A DNA stretch of 64,000 nt from the human T2T-CHM13v2.0 reference genome, Homo sapiens: NCBI RefSeq assembly GCF_009914755.1, contig NC_060930.1. One strand, 5' to 3'. Within the stretch, counting starts at the first letter, position 1. Each line of letters begins with the position of its first letter. A program made the position numbers and the translations under genes. A model generated the notes under the pieces. It saw nothing but the letters and a program-made list of their open reading frames with translations. It ran no database searches and had not been told where the DNA came from. Positions 13,728-31,151 of this stretch are shown piece after piece.

Positions 13728-13885
13728 TTTTTCTTTTTAAAATATGTCTCAGGCTGGAGTGCACTGGCTATTCACAAATGCAATCATAGTGCACTATAGC
13801 CTCAAACTCCTGGGCTCAGGCAGTCCTCCCACTTCAGCCTCCCGACTAGCTGGGCCTACAGGCAGACACCACTGCTTGTGGTTTT
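13728..13885 (-). mobile_element. FRAM/FAM-like Alu monomer
   Basis: reverse right-arm-like sequence. Confidence 0.65.
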
Positions 13886-13932
13886 GTGTTGAGACATTTG
13901 TTTGCTGAAGTGACAGGCACCCCGTTCATGAG

Positions 13933-13967
13933 CTCATTCATTCACTCATTCACTCATTCATTCATTC
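13933..13967. repeat. (CATT)n repeat, likely L2 tail
   Basis: tcattcattcactcattcactcattcattcattc. Confidence 0.8.
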
Positions 13968-14626
13968 AACAGATCTTTCCTGAGTCCTATTATGTGCCTG
14001 ACATTGTTTGAGAAGCTGAACTTCTCAAGGGAGAGATCTGTTCTTCAGACCAGAGGGAAATTTGGAAGCCCAAATAGAGAACAGTATTTCTAGATCTGAC
14101 CTTTAGACTATAAGAGGCACCTAATTCCTTAAAATAGAATATTGTTGCTTTTCATTATGCCATGCACATGATAAGGGCTCTGTATATATTTTGGGATGAG
14201 GGCAATAGTATTGTCCATGTTTCTCTAAAATAAACTGGTAAAACTCTGAATTGTTTAGATTGAAATGAATAAGATCATTATTACTTTTTAAATTAAGTCT
14301 AATCTCTTAGTTAAGTCACCACAACGTATTTGCAGTTGTTTGTGTATGGGCCTGTTTCTTTCTTGGAATAATACTCACTCCTTTCTAGGCTGCCACCTTT
14401 CCTGTTAGTTCTACAATGATGGTGAGCATCATATTCTACCTTTTTGTGTATTGCCTTTCATTTTAAAGGCTTATGGCAGAAGGATCTGAGGCATCCTTAA
14501 GGAAGAATTAGGTAGATGTATGAACAAAATACTACATATCCTTTTTGTGTTATGCAATAAATCATATAGTTCTTGCTTCAGATGATTTCTTCCAGACTCA
14601 CTCAGCAACACTCTTTACCCAGACTA

Positions 14627-14966
<340 letters not shown>

Positions 14967-15902
14967 CGAAAACCAAAGATGAGTTACCAAAAAAGTTTTA
15001 ACAAAGGACACAGGGGAGAAACTCCTCCTCTTCCCATGGCCAGCATTCTGTTACCAGTTGATAGTTTGCACACAGCCAGCTTTGACTGAACTCACCCCTG
15101 TTAGTTCAAATTTCTCTGAGATCTGAACTGGAAAGAGGAAAGAGACATTAAAAATGAGCTCACTGAGTTGTTTTTAAATTTGTCACACTGAACCCACGAC
15201 TGTTAATCCCATTCACGGCTGTAGTAATTATATTGCATAATCAGTGAGGGGAGATCCTCCCCCTTTTGTACTCTTATTGAATAGAGAAGACAGAAAAATG
15301 TCAGAGCTCTGCCCTAAACTAAGATTCCTTCCCACAAAAGAATTCTGGACTCAGAAGGGAAGCATGATCCTTTACAAGGTGAGCTCACCTTGTCCACTCT
15401 CAGCTCAGGGGTAGCGAACTCATAAATCAGTGATTCCTAGTCTATAGGACATGGATGCCTGATGAGGCATTTAAAATTGTGGGGCTGCAAGCATTATCTA
15501 TAGACTGCATGCATAATATTTTACACCTACTCATACTATTCAAAAACATGGAGATGTGTAATTGCAATTAATAAAACACAAATTTGCTCAAAGGCATCAC
15601 TAAATTCATGACTGTTTTAAAAATAATACTAATACATAATATTTATTCCATTGGTTATTGTCAGAAGATTTCTTTGCTTAGAAGCAAATTAGGAGTTTCT
15701 AATAACAAGATGGCCCTTGTAATTTAAAAGTTTGGGGGTCACTGTTTGAGACTGTTGGTGATCTATGTTTAACTCACGGATGACCTCCTCCTAGCTCTAT
15801 GAAATGTTGAGGTGTTGACATCCCAAACCTGTTTTAACTGGAACATACATATGAATCCCACTCTGCACAAGGCATGATATTCTTGATTTCATCCTTTCCT
15901 AA

Positions 15903-16225
<323 letters not shown>

Positions 16226-17312
16226 CATTTACAAATCTAATTGAAGAAATACGAAATAAGTGCACACAGAAGTTACATAATGAGTTAAGAAAATGCAAGG
16301 AGAAAACATATAGTACATGATCAATTGCGAAATGCTGTGAACTCAAAGAGACAGCAGGAGGGAAAGGTAGAGAGAGAGGGAGAGGAAGGTGAGTGGTATG
16401 GTGAGAGGAAGTGTGTTCCCAGGGCGGACATCAGAGCAGGTTTTTACAGACTCGCATTCCTGGCTCTGCTGATTGCCACCCAAGTGACCATGGATAGATA
16501 ACCTGACCCCGCTAAGCCTCTGTTTTATCGTCAATAAAATCAAGATTATAATTATAATACCTCTCATATTGTGTTATTGTGAAGATAATTTATGACAAAA
16601 TATATTAAATGCTTTGTACTATAGCTAATGTATAATATGTGCAAACTAAATGGTAGCTAGTGTTTATTCTATTAGACTAAATCCCTCCAGGATGGGAAGT
16701 ATGACTTACTTATTTTTGCTTCCACAGAATCTAGCACAATGCTTGACTCATAAGTACTCAGTAAAAGGAAAACATTTGTTGAATGAAGGGAAGGATAAAT
16801 GGATAGATGGCGGGATGAATTTTTTTTAAATGAACTATGGGCTTTGGTGACATGGAAGGGTGTCATGGAGAGCAAGAGGTGAATCTAACCGTGCATGGAG
16901 AAGAGAGGAGGGCACTGCAGTGGGAGAGGGCAGGAACCAAAGCACAGAGGCAGGAAGGCACCTGGGATTGAGTATTGGGATTCGTCTGTGGAGGGAGTGG
17001 CCTGCCAGGCTGCGGAGTGTGTATCTTACCTGTGGATAGTGGGAGCCAATGAAGATTCATGAGGAGGAGAATGGCATGAGGAGGGAACTTTTCAGAGGGT
17101 TAGCCTGGTGCTGGTGTGGAAAGGAAGGGGGCAATCCATACTAAGCGAGAAGTGGTCAAGTTCCTGACCAGAGTGACAACTATGGAAATAGAGACAAAGG
17201 ACTGACTGAGGAGAGGTCAGAGGTCTCACATCTCAATTCATTTGGAATTGGTAAGGTGGTCACTTAAACCATCTACCAACACGCCTGCTGACTCTTGAAA
17301 GGCCACATTTTT

Positions 17313-17620
<308 letters not shown>

Positions 17621-18759
17621 CCACACTTTTGAAAATCACTGTGGGTGAGTACTGAGTTAGAGAAGAGACATTGGAGGAATGGGTTGACGAGAAGTGTGGA
17701 GCCTGCTGCATGAACTGAGTCAAGGAAAGGTGATTTGAGGGGTAGGCTTTTTTTTGTTTTTTGTTTTTTTTTTTTTTTTTAGAGACTTGGGAAGATCAAC
17801 AGCGGTGAGTATTAGAATGGGCAATGGAGAGGGAATAATCTATAAACGTGGAACTGAACTCGGGGCTAAACTGCCAATGACGGAGACTCACTTGCCTGAA
17901 CAAAAGTGAACTGGAAGTCCAGCAACAGGCTCTGCCTGTGGTGGGGCCGAGGGCACAGGTGAAGCCTGGTGGTTGGAGCCACACTGGGCCACTCCCCTTC
18001 CCTGAGGAGGAAGCAGAGCTGTGGTCACCTCCCTTCCCCCTCCAGCCTCCATGGAGATCTCCCCTCCCTCCTCCACGTCCCGCGGATACTTCCCTTCCCC
18101 TCCACGGTGCACGGAGACCTCCTCTGCCCCCTTCAATTTCACTTGACTAGGAAGACACAGAGGAGCTAGCGCAGGTGGCCTGCTTCTTTTATGTTTTTGG
18201 AAAAGCGGTCTGTCTTTCTGGAGGAAGTTATTTTTTCTTAGATAAAGGGACTATCTCTGGGGGAAAAATGATTCCAAAAAAAAGAAATAAAAAACAAAGA
18301 AAAATAAGGACTCTCCTTTCTCCTACCCTTGGGGGGAATTCACTCATTCATTACCACATTTAATTAAATTGAAAAAATAGCCACTTTCTTCTTCCAATAA
18401 CTACTATTGTCGGTGACTACTTGATGTTGTCTTCTGTTAACCACATGACATCCTCTGTGAGTTTGTGGAGCACCAGGGAAGAGGTAAGAACACCCAACTC
18501 AGTATTGCTTTTCCGTAACACAGGAAGATGCTGTTAGGGCTAGGTATTCTCTGGGGTTCTTAAAAATTAGATCAATCCAAGAAGACTGAGAAAAATCACA
18601 TGTATTTCCCCAAAGAACTTTACAAAGGGTAAGACGCTCTAGCCCGGAACTAGAACTTTAGCATAAATCTGGTCTGAAACCTTGGTTAAGGATGTAACAG
18701 TTTATATTGGGGAATCTGTATGTGGATCTGAAAAGCAGGCAGCTTTCTAGGTTTCTTAT

Positions 18760-19600
<841 letters not shown>

Positions 19601-20269
19601 AGAGTTCGCTCAGGTGAGCAGATGGATATAAATTACACTCGTTTTGGGTGGTGAGCTGGTGGATGTTCTTTATCTTATTTTACAAATAGGGTGATGGGGA
19701 ATGCAGGGACCAGAGATGAGTGTGTCATGAGCTATGACGTATGATTAATCCAGTTCTGCACATCTGAGTGGGGTAGGGGTTGTGGGAAACCATCGCAGGT
19801 CTTGTGGGACACAGACAGACCTGATGACTTTTCAGATAGAATTGCAGACTGAGTAGGCGGAGGAATGGAGTAGATATATTATTAGAGTTTGTCATCCAGG
19901 GCCTGGCAGGATAATCAGTGTCATGAAGGGCAGCACTCCTGCCTGGAGGAGTTTTCAGCTTATTCCAGACAAAACAACAATGGAGACATTGAGTCTGAGT
20001 TAAACATTACGGCCATGGAGTCTACTGTTTTTATTTTTCTAAAGATAAAGATATTGTAACTCAAATGTCTTTATTTTATTTTTTCTGTCAAGAAAGTTAT
20101 TGCAGAGACAAAAATTTGGAAAATAAAGGATAAAAAAGAAAATATTATTCCAATACCCAGAGATCATCACTGTCAACCTTTTGGTGTGTTTGCCTCCTGT
20201 GGACTGTGATAGATAAGAACCACTAACTACCCACCCGTTGTATATTTTCTGACCGAGGCGACCTAGCAA

Positions 20270-20490
20270 AACTGTTTAGAGCTTAATTCTTTGGAGTGAG
20301 AAGAACTGAATTTGAATCCCAGCTTTGCACTTACCAGCTCATGGCAAGCCAATAGCCTTCCGTAAACCCCAGCTCGGTGATGGCACTAGTGGGATTTGTT
20401 TTGAGGATTAACCAAGAGGAAACGTGGTGCAATTAGCATTTACAGTGTCTGGCACACAGTCAACCTTCAATGAGAGTTGTGAGTTATTAT
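20270..20490 (+). mobile_element. MIR
   Basis: TTTGAATCCCAGCTTTGCACTTACCAGCT...TGAGGATTAA...TGGCACACAGT. Confidence 0.6.
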
Positions 20491-21564
20491 TAAGATGATG
20501 TGCCTGGTTTGGGGCAGTGAGGTTCATTTAGTTAAAAGATGGGGAACTCCAAAAAACACCCAAACAGTGGAAGGGATCCTAGGGTTGTGAAGGTGGAAAG
20601 GGCTATGTTATGTTTGATTTGAAGACAACCTGATGGGTGACTTCCAATATGTGAAAATGAAGGCTGTCTCAGAGGATTTGAGAGCCCAGAAAATAAGCTT
20701 AATCCTGCTCTTTCAGCATAATAGAAAGTTTATTTATCCTCCTCCAGTGAGAAAAAAAAAATACCTTCAACATGAGAAGAGGAAAGGGCAGGGGAGGAAA
20801 TGACAGGGACAAGCAGTATCATCTTTTGAGCCTTTGTCTTGGCCACAACAACTCTCTGAGAATAATAATATACTCTATTTCTCCTGCACTGGGGACCGAA
20901 CAAGGGGGTATCTAGGTTGAATGCCTCCAAATTTATGTTCTAAAAGTGATGGAACATCCTCACCACTGAAGGTTTTATAAAATGTACAACGGACCAGAGT
21001 GGCCTTGGGCTTCTCAACAGCAATTCTGCAAACAACAGATAATGGAGCAATGCTTCCAATAGTCTGAGGGGCCATTATTTCCAAACTTAAATTTGATATC
21101 TGGCCAGATGATCAATGAAGTTTGTAGTGGAATAAAGACACTTTCAAACACACAGGTTCTCAAAAACTTTACCTCCCATGTCAGTGGAAGATGTGTGCCA
21201 CCCCACTGAAGGAGTAAACCAAGAAAGCAAAAGACACTGGACCCAGAAAAGAGAGGATCCAACCAACACGCAGCAGGCAGAGGGGATGACGGTGAAGGAG
21301 ACCCCACCTCAGCAGCTGAGAAGCAGGTCAGGTCTGGAGAGCAACCAGTTCAGATTGGAGCCAGCCAGAAGATGCCAGGAAAGAATGCTTTGAGCAATGA
21401 AATTAATAGAATAACTGATATGAATGTATTGAGAAAATCTTTACTCAACTAGGGGAGAGTGTGGGGATAAATTAATAATAGTAACAGACTACTAAGCAAA
21501 AGGGGAAAAAAAGACAGTTCTTAACACTGGGTGATGGGGAAATTGTAATGAAAAGGAAAGTTAA

Positions 21565-21901
<337 letters not shown>

Positions 21902-21924
21902 TTATAGTAATTTTACTACTTAAA

Positions 21925-22700
21925 AACAACATAGCAGTGTTATTTACAGTATCCAAAAAGTGGAAGCAATCCAAATGTCCATCAATTGATGACTGGTAAA
22001 AAAAAATGTGGTGTATTCATACAGTGAAATGTTATTTAGCCTTAAAAAGGAGAGAAATTCTGACACATGATATAACAAGGATCAACCTTGAGGACGTTAT
22101 GCTAAGTGAAATGAGCCAGACACAAAAGCACAAATACTGTGTGATTCCGTGTTCATATGAGGTCCCTGGGGTAGTCAAATATATTATAGAGACAGAAAGT
22201 AGAATGGCAGTTACCAGGGGTGGTTGAAGTTGGGGAATGGGGAGTTTGTGGTTTTTGTTTTTGTTTTTTTGTTTTTGAGACAGGGTCTCACTCTCTCGCC
22301 CAGGCTGGAGTACAGTCGCAGCTCACTGCAACCTCCGCCTCCTGAGCTCAAGTGATCCGCCCGCCTCAGCCTCCCAAGTAGCTGGGACTACAGGTGCACA
22401 CCTCTATTTCTGTAGAGACGGGGGCTTGCCCTGTCATCCAGGCTGGTCTCAAACTCCTGAGCTCAAGTGGTCCGCCTGCCTCAGCCTCCCAAAGTGCTGA
22501 GATTACAGGTGTGTGCCATCGGGCCTAGCTGTGAGTTAGTGTTTAATGGGGACAGTTTCTATTTGAGATGATGAAAAAGTTCTAGAAATGGATCGTGGTG
22601 ATGATTGCACAACAATGTGAATGTACTTAAGATCACAGAACTGTACACTTAAAATGATTAAAAAGATAAATTGTGTTATTTATATTTTACTGCAATAAAA
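21925..22700 (+). mobile_element. L1MB-type 3' end, interrupted by Alu 22250-22529
   Basis: TGGAAGCAATCCAAATGTCCATC...AACCTTGAGGACGTTATGCTAAGTGAAAT...AACTGTACACTTAAAATG...AATAAA. Confidence 0.85.
22250..22529 (-). mobile_element. Alu (J) inside L1MB
   Basis: reverse dimer with deletions. Confidence 0.9.
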
Positions 22701-24168
22701 TATCTGTGCAGAAAACCCCAAAACACCCGGTAAGGTGCTGTACAAATGAATTGAATTACAATTATTTTTCTCATAGTGATATCAGATTTTAAAGACTCAG
22801 ATATTAGTGAGATCCCAATACCTCACTTTGGTAAGGAAAAGGAAATTACCTTTTCCCAACAAAATCACATATCTTTATTTTTAAAATCTATGATTCGAAA
22901 GGCATACCCTAACAAATAATCCTGTATATCCATCTTCCAGTGATAACCCCTATGCCTCAAGATCCTTTATCTGTCTCTTCTAACATATAATTTTCAGTGT
23001 AAAAAAAGTCTGACCATACTACATATATGGTTTAAAAATTGCTTTCTAAACAACTTTACAATATATTTTGCCTTCTTTCCACATCTATGTTTATATGAAC
23101 ACACTCATTTTTTAACTTATTTTTGGGAACTCTGGGATCAAGGTATATTTTATATTAATGTAAGTCCCTCTTCTAAAGACAAGCCCCTCTGTAGTTAGAG
23201 GTTTTCAAAAGCCTCCTTTGTATGTTTTCTATTGTCTCAGAGACACATGAAATAAAAATATTGATTTTTGTTTTAAGAACACAGAAATTCCAATTTTAGA
23301 TCATGAGATTATTTTTTCCTTATTCAGTAAAGCAAAATAAAAACCTGTTTAGAGATGATGGTGATGTTTCTTCTGTGTGCCTTGGTGGGAAAGGACTCCG
23401 AGTTGCTTTGTTCATTTCCACCTGAAGCCAAACTGCTAAGCAGTTAAAACTCAAGGAGCCGTCGGACAGGTTTAACGAGAGTGAAGTGTGCCGCTCCACA
23501 CCCACCTTTGCAAGACAGAACTGCTTCACGGGTTTGATGAAACTGCTGTGGAACTGTGCTATAACTTCTTCCTATATTGGAAATGTTTCTGTCTCAAGCC
23601 AGCATGGTTTAAATGTTTCAGATTAAAATTCTGCAAATTAGTAAAAAATGCACACATTGAATCAGGTTAAATCTGCTGTCACGTATATTAACTTATTATT
23701 GGAGAAGAAACAATCCCTGGGGCTGTTCTCCTGATTTGCACGACTTTTTCTTGAATCCAGCTCTTGCTGAAGGGATGCTTTCTCATTTGGAAGTTAATTT
23801 ATTAAATTGTGAGGAGCTGGTTAAAGAAAGTAGAAGTATGCCGGTTTTCTTAGAGTTTCCTAAGTATGAATGGCTGGTGAATTTCTCAAAGTTTAAGGAG
23901 GAAACTCTCCTGTTTCTGACGTTTGCAACCCACCCTTCATTGAGGTCTAAGGAAGGATTGCTGGGAAGATTCTACAAGGAATTGTCTGCACCCCGCAGGG
24001 CTGGATTGTTTTCCTAAACACCATTTGGTGGTGGTTGTAACTCCTGCCACTCAGTGATTGCCACTGCCTCACCCCTTCCTGTTTCCCATCCATAGCGAAT
24101 GCTATTTGCCATTGATGTGAAAAGTTCTAGAACAGGAGTGGATCACTCGCATGGAAAGCTCCAGAACC

Positions 24169-24286
24169 GGCTGGGTGTGGTGGCTCATGCCTGTAGTTCC
24201 AGCACTTCGGTGGTATCGCTTGAGCTCAGGAGTTTGAGACCAGTCTGGACAACACGGCAAAACCCTGTCTCAAGAAAAAAAAAAAA
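24169..24286 (+). mobile_element. FLAM/Alu monomer
   Basis: left arm + poly(A); TSD AAAGCTCCAG. Confidence 0.85.
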
Positions 24287-24436
24287 GCTCCAGGATCTGT
24301 ACCTTGTCACTTTCAGAGCCTTTTTAAAAAATCAAATGCCACCAGGAAATATTATGCACCTTTAAAAGCAATGCTAACAAGACATTTACACGAGGTTGGA
24401 AAATGCTCATGATATTATGATCAACTAAGAAGCTGA

Positions 24437-24835
<399 letters not shown>

Positions 24836-25349
24836 TTAGAATGATCACCTTGTCTGGTTGATAATTTGCTTTGCTTTTCTTTGCTTCTCTCCATTCCCTT
24901 CTGCCTTTTCTGAGTATTTTACAGCAAATACATAGACTTTTATAAGCAGGAGGAAAAAAAATCCTAACTTCAGGTACATCCTTCTAAGCAAGCCTATTAA
25001 TTGATTTGCTGTGTGAGCTCTCAGCTCCAATCTGGGCTTTGCCCTTTACAGACTTGGGCCTTGGCAAGTAATGCAGGTTCTTTCTCATGGCCTCACTTTT
25101 CTTAGCCAGTGTAGGATAAGATGAGGAGTTTGAATAGGGTTTCTTCCCTGTGATCTGTGATCTTACCAAGCTTCTGACAAAAAAAAAAAAAAAAAAAGCA
25201 AAAACAAACAAACAAAAAAACAAAACAACCATAAAAACAAAAACAAACCAAAAAACCCCAAACTTTTTGGGACCCTAGATGAGGGGAGTCAGTTGAAACT
25301 TGAAACTAAAGATGACCTTCCCCCAGCTCCTGCTCTATTTAAATGATCA

Positions 25350-25633
25350 CTTTCTTTTTTCTTTTCTTTGAGACAGGGTCTTGCTCTGATGCCCAGGATG
25401 GAGTGCAGTGGTGATCTCAGCTCACTGCAGCCGCTGCCTCCCAGGCTCAGGTGATCCTCCTGAGTAGCTGGGCCCACAGGTGCGCGCCACCATGCTAGCT
25501 AATTTTTGTATTTTTTGTAGAGATGAAGTCTCGCTATGTTGTCTAGGTTGCTGTCAAACTCCTGTCCTCAAGTGATCTGCCTGCCTTGGCCTCCCAGTGT
25601 TGGGATTATAGGCGTGAGCCACTGTACCTGGCC
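25350..25633 (-). mobile_element. Alu (J)
   Basis: reverse dimer. Confidence 0.92.
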
Positions 25634-26127
25634 TAGATGTTCATTTTCTGTGTGTTGCTATTATAACCAGTGGGTTGTTTGATATTTTGTCTCCTGCTTT
25701 AAATGTTAAGATCAGTGAAGACAGAAATCTGGACGTTTTTCTTATTCTTTAGTCTCCCGTATACCTACACCTCTATCTGTAGCAGGGAAACAATGTATGT
25801 GCAATAACTAGCTCATGATGATAAGAAACAAATGGTTTATGAAATTTGTTGTTGCTGATGCCTAAGATTTTGAAAGGTGGTCACTTTGGAAACCAGGTTA
25901 CATTTCGTTGGCATTACAATCATCCAGAGTCAGATCATTTATGGCTTAGTGTCCATTTTGATTTCATGTTGTTTAGTATATGAATCTCTAATTTCATTTT
26001 TTCTTAACAATGGAAGCTACATTCAAACAAAACAAAACAAAACAAAACATGCAAATACATGCACTGTAATTTGAGGACACCAAGAAAATCACCACAGCTT
26101 TGGGAATACAACTAAAAAAAATAAGAG

Positions 26128-26225
26128 TAGCTGGATGTGGGAAGATCACTTGAGCCCAGGAGTTTGAAGCCAGCCTGGGCAACATAGTGAGATCTCTAAA
26201 AATAGATAATAAATAAATAAATTCA
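26128..26225 (+). mobile_element. FLAM/Alu fragment
   Basis: GATCACTTGAGCCCAGGAGTTTGA...(TAAA)n tail. Confidence 0.7.
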
Positions 26226-26309
26226 TTAATTCAATAATAACTGTAATGCATTTTGGTGTGACTTCTGCAAAGCAGGCTTATTACTCTAGTGGAGGAAAAT
26301 AACAATTGA

Positions 26310-26600
26310 GGTTGGGTGTAGTGGCTCATGCTTGTAAACTCAGCACTTTGGAAGGCTGAGGCAGGAGGATCACTTGAGGCCAGGAGTTCAAGACCCGCTT
26401 GGGCAACATAGTGAGACCTCACCTCTACCAATAATAAAAAAATTAGCTGGATGTGGTGGCACATGTCTGTGGTCCCACCTACTCAGGAGGCTAGGTGGGG
26501 GAATCGCTTGAGCCTAGACAGTTAGGGTGCAGTGAATCCGGATTGCCCCATTGAACTCCAGCCTGGGCAACAGAGCAAGACCCTGTCTCCGGAAAAAAAG
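26310..26600 (+). mobile_element. Alu (J)
   Basis: dimer; TSD GAAAATAACAATTGA. Confidence 0.94.
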
Positions 26601-27584
26601 TAAGAAAATAACAATTGATGGGATAATTTCTTGGTTTCAAGTTGATACCAAATCATTGCTCAGAAATGTGTTCTTTCATGACTGATGGGACAGGAATTTT
26701 GACATAATGGAAAGGGCATGAGACTAGAAACAGATGGAATTCTGCTATTTTAGGTATCAAGTAACTCACGGACGTTTCTTAACTTCTCCAGGACTCACTA
26801 TTTTCTCTTTATTAAAAGGTGAGTTCTGGTTTATATAGTGCTTACATTGGGGACATGCTTTCCTGGCCAGAGCACGTGTGGTCCAGGTGCAGCGGGTGGG
26901 AAGTGTCCTACAACCACTCTGGCACCACCGTGATCTGTTTCCACTGGTGGCCATGCTCAGGGGGTTTCATTTGGAGAATGAGTTCTGAGGCTTTACAAGT
27001 TTTTAAATAACTGGTGCAAAAATGTTTTAAGCAAGCTTCTGTTTCTGAAATTCTCTATGGAATATAAATGTTGAGTGCCTTCAGTAAAGGATGATTAGCT
27101 ATTCAAAAGTTTCTTCACGTAACCATTAGCACATTATATCTCCATGTGGTGTTTGCTGATAACTGGGTTTACTAGCAATAATCTGCATCTTGCATTTGTA
27201 TATATATAAGTTTGAGTAAGTGTTCCAATCCTAGCATGTTCTATAGATTGAGAGTCCCTCACAATCATGATAAGCTTAGAAAATTACTTCCAAAGTATTT
27301 TCAAAAGGTAAACTTACTTGGCTGTTGTATTATATTTATTGACTGTGTGGCTTACCCACTAAAGTAAGTGGGAGTTATTGTTTAGCTTTAGATGTCACTT
27401 GGCCATGGGTGTGAGTGGCTCCTCTGTGGTCCATAGCGGTACTTGCCCTCACCGGGAACTTTAACCTCCAGCCTCGCATCTTGCAAATCTGGGTGCTACA
27501 TGAAAACAGGATCAGGCAGGAAAGTATGGATGAATCCCCAATATCCATGCTATCCAATGAAAGGCAGTCAAAAACTTACTCTAT

Positions 27585-27878
27585 TTTTTTTCTTTTTGGA
27601 GACAGGGTTTCACTCTGTCACCCAGGCTGGAGTGCAATCGCTCAATCTTGGCTCACCGCAGCCTCGACCTCCTAGGCTCAAGCGATCTTCCCACTCTAGT
27701 CTCCCCAGTAGCTGGTGTATACGGCCATGCCAGGCTAAGTTTTGTATTTTGTATTTTTGTAGGAAGGGGGTCTAACTATATTGCCCAGGCTGGTCTCAAA
27801 CTCCTGGGCTCAAGTTATCCTCCTGCTTCGGCTTCCCAAAGTGCTGAGCTTACAGGCATGAGCCACCGTGCCCGGCCC
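27585..27878 (-). mobile_element. Alu (J)
   Basis: reverse dimer. Confidence 0.92.
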
Positions 27879-28380
27879 AAAAAACATATTCTTAAAGCAC
27901 AATGGATAGCACAATTTACCTGTGCCAAACACAAACCAAATGGCAACAACAATAACAATAAAAACTCATCACTTCAGTGACAAAAAATGAGAAGTTCCTT
28001 TGAGCTATTTAATTTCCACAAAGTTAAGTACCCTCCCCCAGCAAAAATGAAAAATCACTGCAAACAGACAAACTCCCCTGTTCCTGAGTGACACTTAGTA
28101 AACCAAAGATAGTTTGGGGTTAATGTATATATTTTACAAACATTTTCCTATTTTTGAAACGAGCTTTGTCAAACAGCTTTCTTCATTTTGACAATTTTAA
28201 TTAGGAGAGACCAATCTTATTTTTGTGATAATTCAGATCCTAGATTCATTATTTCTGGAGGATTCTAATTTATTCAGACAAATGGAAGAGAAAAGAAAGA
28301 GTAAAATATACATATCCATTTTATTATTAAGATTTTAATTGTCTGACATTTTAACAGGCATTTTCTTTTCCTTCACATTA

Positions 28381-28742
<362 letters not shown>

Positions 28743-30179
28743 CCCCAGAACTACTCCTCTGTTAGGCAGAACAGTTATTTTAACTCATGGGCTATAAATC
28801 TTCTTGTGATGAAGAGGTATCATTTACCAACACAAAGATATAGAGAGTTCCCATGGGATTTTGAGCAAGTAAATGATTCTTCTTAATCTCACTGAAATCA
28901 AAGTGTCGTTTTCTTTTAAAAATCTGCTCTGAATATGACTGATTCGTCTTTCCTAACTGCAAGGTGATTTCTAAGGTCAGCCAGAGAGAAAGTTGCCTGT
29001 CAGTGATCTGTTTTATCAGTACAAGGGGAGCTATCTATGAGTGGCAGGGAAAAAATAGCTGACCTTAGGTCAGCCAGTGAAGACTCTGCCAGACTTTGGA
29101 TTCTGATTTTTTAAACCAAGTTGTAAGAAAACAAGCTACTTTTAAACCTCTTTGCTGCGCTTTCAAAATTCTATAAATATACCTTCATTATAGCATACTT
29201 AATGTTGTATTGTAATTATTTGTTTTACTACTGCAGACTTTGATATCCTGCAGAAAAAGAGTCATGCTTTATTCATCTTCATGTGTCTAGCATTGAATCT
29301 GTTGTGTAACATGGTAGATGTTCAATAACTGCTTTCTAAATGAATGCATCTTAAATGTGTCCAAGAGGGAGGTTTACTGATTTACATGTGGGATAAAGAC
29401 AGGAACATTAACGGTTAAAATTTCGCATCCAGCAAAGAACTTTTGGCTTAACAGGTGGTACCTTAAGCTTTATATGTTTCACAGTGTTCAAGAATGTTCA
29501 CGTATTTTATCTCATTTGACCCTCACTGTGGATTTGGAAGGTTGGCAGAGCAAGTGTTATTTCCATTATACACATGAAGAAATTGAGCTCTTGCATAAGT
29601 AAATTGTAGCACTAAGATTATAACTATGGGCAAGTTATCCTCGCTCTTCACTGTGTGATGAGCCAACCTGGACAACTGATGTGTGTGTGTGTGTATGTGC
29701 ATGTGTGTGGGTGTGTGTTGAGGTGGGGGGTGTTCCATCTGTCGGGCATGTCAATCTGTTTATTTTATCCTCTTATCTTTCTTTATCACCCTTAGAGAAA
29801 GATAAATGAAAGCCACTGTCTTCCTAGAGCAGGCATGTTTGGTAGCTGGAAGCCGTTCGTGTTCTTGGGGATGCCTGGAAAAGCCCAGGAAGCAGTAAGA
29901 TGGGTGAGGAAGCAACGCAGCCAGAGGTGTGATTGGTGGCGTGGGCTCTTCGCCTCCTCCTCTGTTTTGCCTGCAGATTGAACAGTTTTGTGAGTCTGGG
30001 TGGTGTTTGGGTCTGTGTGGAGCCTGGTTCCTATGACCGTAAGGGGACCCTTGGCTAACAAGAGCTTTTGTTACCACTGGGGGGGTGGTTAATAGATATG
30101 TGGGTTTTTTTTAAAAGGATAATTCTACCGTGCAATTGTGTAGCCTCTTTATTACACATTAGGGAAGAATAATCCCTGA

Positions 30180-30485
<306 letters not shown>

Positions 30486-30789
30486 TGAATTTCTTAAATC
30501 AAAGTTTTACTATAATATATTTAAGGGCAGTGACTGGACCCTATTTATCTTTGTATGTTGCAGAGTATTTCCATATCCTAGGTTATAATTATTTGCTGAA
30601 CAAATGAGATGCATAGAGGGAAAACATCCTAAATGAAATGTTGTACATTATGCACTGACATTTTCCCTCCATGCATGTCTTTCTCTCCTCCACCAATGGA
30701 TATTATGGGCTGTTTGTGCAGAGGCTGACTTCCAGCCATTGATTCTGTTTGAGAAAAACCACTGTCTTGTCTATAGATCAGTGTTTGTA

Positions 30790-31151
30790 CAGGTTGAGCA
30801 TCCCTAATCTGAAAATCTGAAATCCAAAATGCTCCCAAATCCAAACTTTCTGAGCACTGACATGATGACCACAAGTGGCGAATTCCACACCTGACCTCAT
30901 GTGATGACTTGCAGTCAAAGTGCAGTCAAAACTTTGTTTCATGCACAAAATTATCTAAAATATTGTATAAAATTACCTTCAGGCCATGTGTATAAGGCAT
31001 ATAGAAAACATAAATAAATTTCATGTTTAGGCTTGAGTTCCATCCCCAAAGATCTCTCGTTACGTCTATGCAACTATTGCAAAATCCAAGAAAATCCAGA
31101 ATCCAAAATATTTCTGGTCCCAAGCATTTTGGATAAGGGGTACTCAATCTG
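30790..31151 (+). mobile_element. MER2 (TcMar-Tigger MITE)
   Basis: TIRs CAGGTTGAGCATCCCT / AGGGGTACTCAATCTG, flanked by TA target duplications. Confidence 0.85.
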
